Shown piece by piece: positions 9,507 to 18,085 of a DNA stretch of 64,000 nucleotides. The DNA comes from Candidatus Aenigmatarchaeota archaeon (GTDB lineage: Archaea > Aenigmatarchaeota > Aenigmatarchaeia > CG10238-14 > SpSt-28). The notes under the pieces were generated by a model. That model was given only the letters and a program-made list of their open reading frames with translations, was not told the DNA's origin and did not search any database. Made by a program: the position numbers and the translations under genes. The first letter of the stretch is position 1. Each line of letters starts with the position of its first letter. The stretch is from positions 1,877 to 65,876 of the forward strand of contig JAWBMD010000001.1 of NCBI GenBank assembly GCA_039000985.1, in the 5' to 3' direction.

Positions 9507-10242
9507 AAATTAATAATAAAAAGTTTCTTGTTGATGTAGCAGCACCCAAGCTTGCTATAACTAGTTTTAAATAATTTTTTTGTAATTTTGTTAGCTTTTC
9601 TTTATCTATTAAAAAAACTATTAAAAATGCAGCAAACAGTTTAATAAAAATAAAGCTTTCTGGCAGTATTGAAAAAAAGAAATTTGCAAGTAAATGTTGT
9701 TCAGCTAATTTTTCTGAGAAAAATTTTATTGATATGTATGCAGTAATAGCATCTAAATACTGAGTAAAAATAATAGCTTTATTAGATAAGCTTATTTTAA
9801 CATTATTTAAAACAAAAATTAATGGTAAAAGAAAGAAGAAAACTAGTGAAAATCCATAATAGTTTTTTAAGTGCGGAACTAGAAAAGATAATGGTATCAT
9901 ACACAAAAAAATTCCTGAATATAAAAAGAACTTTTCTCCAATTTTTTTACTTATTAATAAAAATGTAAGTGTTATTAAAGCAGTAAAAATCCAGATGTTT
10001 GGTGTTACAAAAAGTATAGAATTTATAATTCCTAAATCAACCAAAACTCTAACAGAGGAACCAAAAAGTATATAAAAAAATATTGAAAGAGAAAATTTCT
10101 TATCAATTTTAACTTTTAATTTTTTTAGTATTTTATATATTAAAAAAACAGCTACTAAAGCTATTATTCCAAGAACAAAAGTTTTTTCAAATGTATAACC
10201 TTCTTTTAAAGGATTTGTAAAATATTCAATTGGATTTTTCAT
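9499..10242 (-). CDS. DUF63 family membrane protein
   Basis: GYT..KT, GSSVRVLVD, LFVTP, EQH.L, LG.A...RN pattern. Confidence 0.8.
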   Translation of the reverse strand: MKNPIEYFTNPLKEGYTFEKTFVLGIIALVAVFLIYKILKKLKVKIDKKFSLSIFFYILFGSSVRVLVDLGIINSILFVTPNIWIFTALITLTFLLISKKIGEKFFLYSGIFLCMIPLSFLVPHLKNYYGFSLVFFFLLPLIFVLNNVKISLSNKAIIFTQYLDAITAYISIKFFSEKLAEQHLLANFFFSILPESFIFIKLFAAFLIVFLIDKEKLTKLQKNYLKLVIASLGAATSTRNFLLLISI

Positions 10243-11506
10243 TTTTCATTTTTCTAAATGGATAATTTAATGGGTTTTTTATTTTTTTGTTTTCACATAT
10301 TTCATCTGGTTTACAAAATTTTGTATCATCATAATATTCAGCTCTATTGCAGGAAGGTAATACATATGCTTCTTCTCTTCTTTCCAAATAATATTTAGCT
10401 TGCGATGCTACATATCTGCTAGGTAAAGGATTAACATTTTTTTCATTCCATTTTTCAATTATTTCAATTATTTTTTCATTTGTGTAGCCACATCTTTTTA
10501 AAAAATTTACTAATAAAAATAATCCTCTTTTTCTCCCATCTTCTAATCCATTTAATATAGTTTTTATACAAGGTGGAAAATATTTTTGTGGAATTTCTTT
10601 TCTCATTTTTCTTTCACTTTTTTTGCTTTTAATATCTTTCAAAACATCAAATTTATCTTTGTTTTTTTCAAACCAATCTAAAGCTTCAATTAAAAATATT
10701 TCTGCATCATGCTCTTCTTTAAAATAAAGATTTTCAACTTTTACTTTTTCTACAGATGCTTTTGTTTTATCAAATTTTTCCAAATCTTTATACTCAACAG
10801 GAGTACTAACTAGCAAAGTTTTTTCATGAAGGGAATAAAATGATCTATATAAATGTCTATGAGAAAATACATCAAAATTTACTATTGAGTAAGGATTGAA
10901 TTCATTATTTTCTAATAGCTCATTTATTGTTTTATTATAAATTTCACATAGATCGGAAATATCAAATTTTGATAAAATTGATGCAGATATTAAATCTTTC
11001 GAATAATATTTCAAATATTCTATTAAAATTCTGTAAATGTCGGGAAACATTCTTGTTATTTCTATAGAGTTAACTTTTTTTGGAAATGATTCATAAGGTA
11101 TAAAAATGTGAAAAGATTTTCCGCCCGAAAATTTAATTATAAAGTTTTTTATTCCATGATCCTTTAAGCTTTCAATTATTGCTTTCACAACTTCTTTAGC
11201 CACTAAAAAATCTTTTGTGTCCGGATCTATAACAAAATCAAAGCCGATTCTCAAGTTATTCAAATCTTCTTTATTCATACCAGCTCTTAACATGCTTACA
11301 TTTAACCATCTTTCAATTGAACAATGAAATGAAACAGCGTTAGAATTTACAAGCTCTATTATATCTTGCTCATATTGTAAAGTGAATGGTCTTTTTCCAA
11401 AACTTCCATCTAAAAACATTGGTATGAACTCTCTATTTTTTGAAAAATTTAGCAAGAATTCCATAACATCTTTTCTCAAATACCAACTTTCAATAATTTT
11501 TTTCAT
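10226..11506 (-). CDS. priSL: DNA primase, fused small (PriS) and large (PriL) subunits
   Basis: N-terminal DFVIDPD and KFSGGKSFHI AEP motifs; C-terminal FPPCI...DGRKR...PSC...FCKPDEIC..NPLNY Fe-S domain of PriL. Confidence 0.88.
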   Translation of the reverse strand: MKKIIESWYLRKDVMEFLLNFSKNREFIPMFLDGSFGKRPFTLQYEQDIIELVNSNAVSFHCSIERWLNVSMLRAGMNKEDLNNLRIGFDFVIDPDTKDFLVAKEVVKAIIESLKDHGIKNFIIKFSGGKSFHIFIPYESFPKKVNSIEITRMFPDIYRILIEYLKYYSKDLISASILSKFDISDLCEIYNKTINELLENNEFNPYSIVNFDVFSHRHLYRSFYSLHEKTLLVSTPVEYKDLEKFDKTKASVEKVKVENLYFKEEHDAEIFLIEALDWFEKNKDKFDVLKDIKSKKSERKMRKEIPQKYFPPCIKTILNGLEDGRKRGLFLLVNFLKRCGYTNEKIIEIIEKWNEKNVNPLPSRYVASQAKYYLERREEAYVLPSCNRAEYYDDTKFCKPDEICENKKIKNPLNYPFRKMKNEKSN

Positions 11507-11754
11507 TTTTTCTTCAAGCTTTCTATTATGAATTCTTTATTGCAATTGCTACACTTAAAAGTTTTTGGTTTCCCAATTTTAATTTCTATTTCCTTTATTT
11601 CTTGATAACGACAATTGCATAAATATTCAACTTTAGCATATTTATCTTTTTTAAACTTAACTATTACAATATTATCTCTTTTAGTGAAAAAGTCACAATC
11701 TTCAGTTATCTTCACTTTATTTTTCATCATTTCCTCTATAATTTTACTCTTCAC
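11503..11754 (-). CDS. Small zinc-ribbon protein
   Basis: CNC...CSNC; overlaps primase start. Confidence 0.65.
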   Translation of the reverse strand: MKSKIIEEMMKNKVKITEDCDFFTKRDNIVIVKFKKDKYAKVEYLCNCRYQEIKEIEIKIGKPKTFKCSNCNKEFIIESLKKK

Positions 11755-11758
11755 AAAT

Positions 11759-12259
11759 CTATTTTGGAAATATAAAAATAATTACTAGAAATGCCAAAAT
11801 TGCTAAAACATATATTATGAATTCGATAGGAATTCTCGTTAAACGAGACATTTCACTAATGAATTCAATTCTTTGAATAATTTCCAATGATTGAAATATA
11901 ATTATTACACATAATACAGCAACTCCGATAGATGTTAACCACCCTTTATTAGAGGCAGATAAAACAGATATTAGAGCAAATGAGAACAATGTAGCTAGAA
12001 TAATAAAGTTAGTAATTTCTGAATATGCAGGTAATACATTTTCCAATAGTTTTGATAATGGTGGATAAACTAACATAATTAGTATGAAAAAAACAACTAT
12101 TCCTATTAAAGCTCTAACAATTTCTTTTCTTCTTATCGCATCTATTGTAGCAAGGGCAAAAGGTATTAGTAATAAAGATTCATTACTTCTACCACTAAAT
12201 AATAGAAATAAAACTATAGTAAGTACTATTATAGCAAGCAATAAATCTTTTATACCCAC
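11759..12259 (-). CDS. Hypothetical multi-pass membrane protein
   Basis: Hydrophobic, about 5-6 TM segments. Confidence 0.6.
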   Translation of the reverse strand: MGIKDLLLAIIVLTIVLFLLFSGRSNESLLLIPFALATIDAIRRKEIVRALIGIVVFFILIMLVYPPLSKLLENVLPAYSEITNFIILATLFSFALISVLSASNKGWLTSIGVAVLCVIIIFQSLEIIQRIEFISEMSRLTRIPIEFIIYVLAILAFLVIIFIFPK

Positions 12260-12262
12260 AAA

Positions 12263-12736
12263 TTATTTTTCTTTTTTTAATTCATTTAGCAATCTTTCTA
12301 AGGTTTTTGTGTCCACTCCCCATGTTCTTTTCCATTTTTTATAGCTAACTTTAAATATTAGTATATCTTCAGTCATATCCCAAAGTAAATTTGATATAGG
12401 AGCCAAAAATATTATTCCTATATTTCTAAAATCATAAACAATTAAAAAAAGAGAAGTTAGGGAAAGAATTGAAAGGAAGAAGAAATTATGAAAAGGATAA
12501 GAAATTCTTACTCTTGTAAATTCCAAAAATGCTTTTAGCTTGAATTTTTTAAGCACCATTAAATGATCTAGATCTATCAAAATCGTGGCAATATACATTA
12601 TTAAATAGTCATAAATGGGAAAATCAAATACCCAAATCTTTATTGTATACCCTATAAGTGAAAATTTAGAAAGAAAGGTTATTATATGGACAATGAAAAA
12701 ATGAATAAACCAATGAATTAAAATATATGTGTACAT
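12263..12736 (-). CDS. Membrane-bound metal-dependent hydrolase-like protein
   Basis: HW..H, IDLDH, PFH, LLWD pattern resembling YdjM-like hydrolases. Confidence 0.55.
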   Translation of the reverse strand: MYTYILIHWFIHFFIVHIITFLSKFSLIGYTIKIWVFDFPIYDYLIMYIATILIDLDHLMVLKKFKLKAFLEFTRVRISYPFHNFFFLSILSLTSLFLIVYDFRNIGIIFLAPISNLLWDMTEDILIFKVSYKKWKRTWGVDTKTLERLLNELKKEK

Positions 12737-12747
12737 AATTTATATTT

Positions 12748-13068
12748 ATGAAAATAATAAAAGAAGAATTAATAACAAACGTTGAAGCTCTTGATATAGT
12801 TAAAAAAAGTAGTGGTGAAAAGTATTATAAAAGATTATCTGCTGAAAATCTGGAAAAATTTTATAAAGATATAGATGTTAAAAAAATGAAAAATCTTAAA
12901 GAAGAACTTACTTCCTTAGGTTTTTTAAGAAAAGAACAAATAATAAGTTTAATAAATGTTTTACCCGAGGATAAAAATGATATTCTTCTTGTTTTAGGTA
13001 AAGAGGTGAAAAACTTTACGGAAGAGCAAATTGAAAAAATATTCGAGATAATTAAGAAGTACATATAA
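12748..13068 (+). CDS. rpoF: DNA-directed RNA polymerase subunit F (Rpo4)
   Basis: IIKEELIT..EA, INVLPED...I, IEKI.EII; upstream of DUF655 as in other archaea. Confidence 0.88.
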   Translation: MKIIKEELITNVEALDIVKKSSGEKYYKRLSAENLEKFYKDIDVKKMKNLKEELTSLGFLRKEQIISLINVLPEDKNDILLVLGKEVKNFTEEQIEKIFEIIKKYI

Positions 13069-13073
13069 GCAAT

Positions 13074-13619
13074 ATGCTGATTAAAGTAAAGGACGAAAAT
13101 GCTATAGTGTTAGATTTCTTACCTTTTGGAAAAGGAATAGAAAGAAAAGGTAGTCCTATAGCTCAAGTTATTGGTGAAAAGTTCTTTTCTTTATTGGAAG
13201 TAGGCATAAGGGAAAATGTTACTGTTAAACCATTTGATAAAGTTTATATTGGTAGTGAAAAAAGGGAGCATGTCAAGTTCATTAAAGATAGGATAAACTA
13301 TAACCAGCTAACCTCATTAGCCAAAACAAATTTGGATATAGTTTTGGATAATATAATTACAGATGAAAAAATTCTGGAATTTTTTAATAAAGCCCCTTCG
13401 ATATCAACAAGATTACATAGCATAGAGCTTTTAAAAGGTATAGGTAAAAAAACTTTATTGGTAATATTAAATGAAAGGAGCAAAATGCCATTTAAAGATA
13501 TAGAAGATTTGAAAAAGAGAACTGGTATTGCAAATCCAAAAAAAATTATTAAAGAAAGAATTATTGATGAATTAAAAGAAGTTGATAGATATAAATTTTT
13601 CGTAGGTGTTCAGATCTAA
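13074..13619 (+). CDS. DUF655 family putative RNA-binding protein
   Basis: VLDFLP.G, AQVIGE.FFSLLE, RLHSIELLKGIGKK HhH. Confidence 0.93.
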   Translation: MLIKVKDENAIVLDFLPFGKGIERKGSPIAQVIGEKFFSLLEVGIRENVTVKPFDKVYIGSEKREHVKFIKDRINYNQLTSLAKTNLDIVLDNIITDEKILEFFNKAPSISTRLHSIELLKGIGKKTLLVILNERSKMPFKDIEDLKKRTGIANPKKIIKERIIDELKEVDRYKFFVGVQI

Positions 13620-14412
13620 AATTTATTTCATTGGTATGGGTGGTTCGGGAATAGTTGGCGATTTAATGAAAGTTATTTTGGAAAAGAAAAAATATGAAGT
13701 TAATGTAATAAAAGATTATAATTTACCAAGTTTTATAAATAAGAATGCAAATGTTTTTTTCATAAGTTATTCTGGTAATACATATGAAACCTTATCTTGT
13801 ATAAAGCAAGCAATTAAAAGAGGTTTGAGAAAAATAGTTGTTGTGACATCTAATGGCAAATTAGAGCAAATTGCGATGAAAAATAAATTTAAAATAATAA
13901 AAGTAAGAAAAGGTTTGCTTCCAAGGGAAGCTATTTTCAATATGCTTTTTCCATTGTTAAAACTTTTTAAAGTTAAATTTAAGGATAGGAATTATGATTT
14001 TTCTTCTTTTGATTTTTTGTTGGATATAATAAATGAAAGCTTAAGAGTTTTTGCTATAACAGAATATTATCCAATAGCTTTAAGAATGGTGAATCAATTT
14101 AATGAGAATTGCAAGCTTTCTTTTATAGTTGGTAGTTTTCCAGAAGTTTTACATAATCAAATAGAAGCATTGACAAATAAAAACATATTAATTTTTAGAA
14201 ATGGTGGTGAAAAGTTAATAGATGCATTTAAAGAAGTACTTAAAGAGAAAGCAAATATATATGAAATTATTCCAAAGGAAAAAGAATTTGTTAATAAAAT
14301 TATTTATTTGCTAAAGCTTGTTGATTATCTTAGCATAAAATATGCCACTAAAAATAACATAGATTATAAAAAGACTCCATTCATAGATAACTATAAAGCT
14401 CTTTTGCACTAA
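13606..14412 (+). CDS. Bifunctional phosphoglucose/phosphomannose isomerase (SIS domain)
   Basis: GMGGSGIVGD, SYSGNTYET, PR, QFNENCK, PEVLHN. Confidence 0.9.
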   Translation: MFRSKIYFIGMGGSGIVGDLMKVILEKKKYEVNVIKDYNLPSFINKNANVFFISYSGNTYETLSCIKQAIKRGLRKIVVVTSNGKLEQIAMKNKFKIIKVRKGLLPREAIFNMLFPLLKLFKVKFKDRNYDFSSFDFLLDIINESLRVFAITEYYPIALRMVNQFNENCKLSFIVGSFPEVLHNQIEALTNKNILIFRNGGEKLIDAFKEVLKEKANIYEIIPKEKEFVNKIIYLLKLVDYLSIKYATKNNIDYKKTPFIDNYKALLH

Positions 14413-14727
14413 TTAATTTATTCAACATAGAAGCAAAATGCTTAAAAAGTCTAATGTAATCATTTATAAATGAAACAAGACAAGATAAGGCTCTAAAAGT
14501 CTTGACTCAAATTAGTTTAACCTCCCTTATAAATTCTCAAAAGTCTTTCATAAATACTTTCATCGGAATTGCATTCTGTTCCGTTTTCAAGAACAAATAC
14601 CCCTTCGCCTAATAGCTTTAATTTTTGTGTTTTATTGTATCTACACATTCTTCCAGTACTATTTTAGTAGCCAATAGAAGCAGAAATATAAATCTCCCTA
14701 TTTTTGAAGATCCTCCACTGTAAACAA

Positions 14728-15390
14728 CTACAAATTTTGTTTCTTTTTTAACCATTTTATAACCTCTGGTAATTGCTTAATTGAAGAAATATAATAATCA
14801 GCGTTTGTATTTTTTAATCCTATTGTTATAAAACCATATTTCTTAGCTCCGATTAGTTCATCACTATCATGTCCTAAAAATATTTTATTTTTTCTATTTT
14901 TGAAAATTTTGAAAAGTTCTGGCTTTTCCATTTTATACGTGTTAGAGGTATATATTTTTTTAAAGTATTTTTCTATTTTTAATATCTTAAGAATTCTTTT
15001 TACTTCTCTAACTGAATAAACACTATCTCTTATACCAATTATTTCTATCCCAATTTTTTTTAGTTTTTGAAGAACTAATTTAGAATGTTTATAGAGCTTA
15101 ATGTACTTTTTCATGTTTTCAAACTCAAATTTTATATATGCTCTTGCTAATTTTTTGTAATTTTTAGGATCTATATTTTCAAGATATTTTTCTATAGCAT
15201 CTCTGTATTTTAACTTCCCCTTTCTAGCTGCTTTTGCAAGATTCGGAAATATTTCTTTATCAATCTTTTCTACCAATTTTAAGTTTATTTTATATTTTTT
15301 GAAGAAGTTATCAGTTAATTTTTTATATATTTTTTCGTCTTTGAAGATCCAAATTCCAATAACATCAGAAAATAGTGTAACCTTTTTCAT
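14728..15390 (-). CDS. HAD-superfamily hydrolase (divergent motif I)
   Basis: LFSDVIG, KP, FLGHDSDELIGAKKYG, ADYYISSI.QL; likely start ATG 15390. Confidence 0.7.
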   Translation of the reverse strand: MKKVTLFSDVIGIWIFKDEKIYKKLTDNFFKKYKINLKLVEKIDKEIFPNLAKAARKGKLKYRDAIEKYLENIDPKNYKKLARAYIKFEFENMKKYIKLYKHSKLVLQKLKKIGIEIIGIRDSVYSVREVKRILKILKIEKYFKKIYTSNTYKMEKPELFKIFKNRKNKIFLGHDSDELIGAKKYGFITIGLKNTNADYYISSIKQLPEVIKWLKKKQNL

Positions 15391-15400
15391 TTTCAAATAT

Positions 15401-15700
15401 TTAGATAAATTTTGGAACACCTATTCCAAACTTATAGAAAAATAAGTTACATCTCTTTCTAGCTAGTTTTTCTGTATCAATACTTTTACCAAAGTAGCTA
15501 AATTTGTTTAGACAAACATAAGCTCCCCACATTAAATAAGTTGGTAAATTAATAGGATTGTTTTTAACATAAAATTCTTGGGGTTCGGAAGTAATAATTT
15601 TGTAAGTTTTGGTAGCAAAAATTTTTATAACAATTTCCTTATCAGGATTCATACTTGTTTTTGGAATGATGCTTTTGAATTTATAATGAATGTTCACCAT
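15401..15700 (-). CDS. Hypothetical protein or gene fragment
   Basis: 99-aa ORF co-oriented with the HAD gene; no motif recognised. Confidence 0.35.
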   Translation of the reverse strand: MVNIHYKFKSIIPKTSMNPDKEIVIKIFATKTYKIITSEPQEFYVKNNPINLPTYLMWGAYVCLNKFSYFGKSIDTEKLARKRCNLFFYKFGIGVPKFI

Positions 15701-15911
15701 AATGGAGTATTATAATCTAAAGGAATTAAAGTCTAATTAACATACTTTATTGCACCAAAAATCTTACTAAAAAGCTGGCTCAATTTAATTTTTTATAGAT
15801 AATACTGATGTAAATTAAACCAAGCTTGAAATCAAGATAGAATTAGCTCATTTTCTGGTCTTGAAATCAAAATTAAAAATTTATTTAAATAATCTTATCC
15901 AATTAAGATAT

Positions 15912-16112
15912 ATGCGAGAATTATTATGGATTTCTAAGCATCAAAAAGAAATGAAAAAATATAGTGGAAAATGGGTTGCTTTAACAGATAAAGGATTAAT
16001 TGCTGCTGGAGATTCTCTTTCGGAAGTTAGTGAAGTTGTGAAGAAACGAGGTATAAAGGATGTTATGTTCATGAAAATTCCTCGAAAAGATGAAGATATG
16101 AGTATACTGTGA
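15912..16112 (+). CDS. DUF5678 domain protein
   Basis: W...H......KYSGKWVAL....IAAG.S..EV pattern. Confidence 0.8.
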   Translation: MRELLWISKHQKEMKKYSGKWVALTDKGLIAAGDSLSEVSEVVKKRGIKDVMFMKIPRKDEDMSIL

Positions 16113-16222
16113 AATTTCCCTATTTCTATTTTCGTGGTTATTATTTTCCTGTAATTCCAGTAATTATTTCCAATTGTAATTGTATAAGCTATGAAATATT
16201 TTCTAAACGAGTTTTTCCATAA
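16109..16222 (+). pseudogene. Truncated retropepsin-like aspartyl protease partner of DUF5678 (N-terminal remnant)
   Basis: GTGA overlap; reads VKFPY...YFPVIPV then degenerates and stops before any D-T/S-G motif. Confidence 0.5.
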
Positions 16223-16409
16223 TTTTCATATGTAGTTTATTTCTTCTGCAATTTCTTTCCTTTTTTTCTCAAAAATAAAATTTCAACATAGAGTAATATC
16301 TATATAATGTCGATGACTTTAATCTTATTTCAATTTAAATTTTAATGAGGAACTATGCATATCATAAATCCTCTATTAATTTTCATAGACATATAGTTTT
16401 TTTTAGCAT

Positions 16410-17525
16410 TTAGTGACTCCATTCTCTCTTTCCTTTTAACCATTCGTAACTAGTTTGAAAAAATCCCTTAATTGCGGCTATAGTGTTCATAGTTCGTAAC
16501 AAGTAATAATAAGGTAAACTTTTGGCTACTTTTTTAACCATTTTTAGCTTGTTTGCATGATATAAATTTGGAACTAATAGAGAAAGAGAATCCATAATTA
16601 GAAATGAAGTTCCCCAATCTGGATAAAAATAAAGAAGTAAAGGTAAAGAAAGCCAAAATAAAGAGAATATCAAGTTTTCACCTACTTGCAACCATACTGT
16701 AGTTGCTAACCTAGGCTTTTTTCCTTTAACAATATTTTCTCCATGGATATAAAGATTCTGCCACATACCACTATACCATCTATTGAGTTGAGATAAAAGT
16801 GACCTAAAATTTTTTGGTTCTTTTGTATAAGCGATTGCTTCTGGCCAATAAATTATATCATATCCTCTTTCCTGAAAAAACCATGTTAAATCTGTATCTT
16901 CGGTAACACTTCTCCTTGGTATTCCATATTCTTTAAGTAATTTTGTTCTAAAAGCTGATGCACAACCAGCAACTGTATAAAGGGCACGACGATTAGATTG
17001 CCCAACTTTTCTAAAATACTGATAATAAATATATTCAACTAATCTTGCATTTTCTATAAAAGAAAATTCACTTTTTTGTGAAAATATAGTACCTGTAGCA
17101 CCTGCAACCTTTTCATCACTAAAAGGAGTTCTTATTTCATCTGTGAAATTTTCTTTTAAATAGGTATCTCCATCAACAAATAAAGTAATATAACTTTCAA
17201 CATATTTTAAAGCTTTTGTTATGCTAGCAGTCTTACCTAGACTTTTTTCATTTTCAATTACTTTTACTTTTTGGCTTTCATAGCTTTTTACTATTTCTCC
17301 TGTTTTATCTGTAGATCCATCATTAACCACTATTATTTTTTCTATTTCATAAAGTTGTGAAATAAGGGAATCAAGACATTTTCCAATATTTCTTTCTTCA
17401 TTCCTTGCAGGAACTATAGCTGAAATTGTATAATCTCTTTTTTCAAAGTTTTTACCTTTTTTAAAGTAAAAAATAGAGTCAAGTACATAAGACGGACTGA
17501 ACGAAAATGGAGTTATACTTACCAT
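16410..17525 (-). CDS. Processive GT2 glycosyltransferase (PgaC/IcaA/HAS-like)
   Basis: VPARNE, DGSTD, DGD, TED and QLNRW (QxxRW) motifs plus C-terminal TMs. Confidence 0.9.
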   Translation of the reverse strand: MVSITPFSFSPSYVLDSIFYFKKGKNFEKRDYTISAIVPARNEERNIGKCLDSLISQLYEIEKIIVVNDGSTDKTGEIVKSYESQKVKVIENEKSLGKTASITKALKYVESYITLFVDGDTYLKENFTDEIRTPFSDEKVAGATGTIFSQKSEFSFIENARLVEYIYYQYFRKVGQSNRRALYTVAGCASAFRTKLLKEYGIPRRSVTEDTDLTWFFQERGYDIIYWPEAIAYTKEPKNFRSLLSQLNRWYSGMWQNLYIHGENIVKGKKPRLATTVWLQVGENLIFSLFWLSLPLLLYFYPDWGTSFLIMDSLSLLVPNLYHANKLKMVKKVAKSLPYYYLLRTMNTIAAIKGFFQTSYEWLKGKREWSH

Positions 17526-18014
17526 ACATACATTTAGGAGTAAAAGTTTAAAAATTTTATGAACAAGGATAGAAGTTTTCGCTTTTTATAAGGATTGAAA
17601 AATCTCTATAAGCTCGGGCTTAATTTTTCATTGGTATAAATAAGTTAATATCTACAACTATCACTAATTTACAATTAATTTCATATTCTTTAAACCTTTG
17701 TTAATTGCTATTTTCTTGAACAATTCATATTTTTCACAAACTCTTTGTGTTGAAGAATTTTCCCTTTGCTAGTTATAAGAAAATTTTTAATCTTTTCAAT
17801 GCAGAGCAAATCTCTTGTTTATTAGTTTTCCAATAAAAATTTATTTACTGTTTAATGCAAGAATAATCAGATTTGTTCTTTAAGGTTTTTCATATTTCAG
17901 AAGCTAAATATTTCAAGTTTTTAATAGTGAAGGCAGATTATGGATTGTGTTAAAATGTTAAGTAAAAAGATTATAATGGTTTGTGATAAAGCGCTAATTC
18001 AAAAGATTTATGCT

Positions 18015-18085
18015 TGCGCTAGCCGGGATTCGAACCCGGACCCCAAGCTTGGAAGGCCTGTATCCTACCGTTAGACTACTAGCGC
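18015..18085 (-). tRNA. tRNA-Gly(TCC)
   Basis: GCGCTAGTAGTCTAACGGTAGGATACAGGCCT-TCC-AAGCTTGGGGTCCGGGTTCGAATCCCGGCTAGCGCA. Confidence 0.95.

Noticed and set aside
17526..18014. Structured ncRNA (RNase P or SRP RNA) in the long intergenic gap
   Set aside because: AT-rich with no GC-rich helices, unlike the clearly GC-enriched tRNAs in this genome
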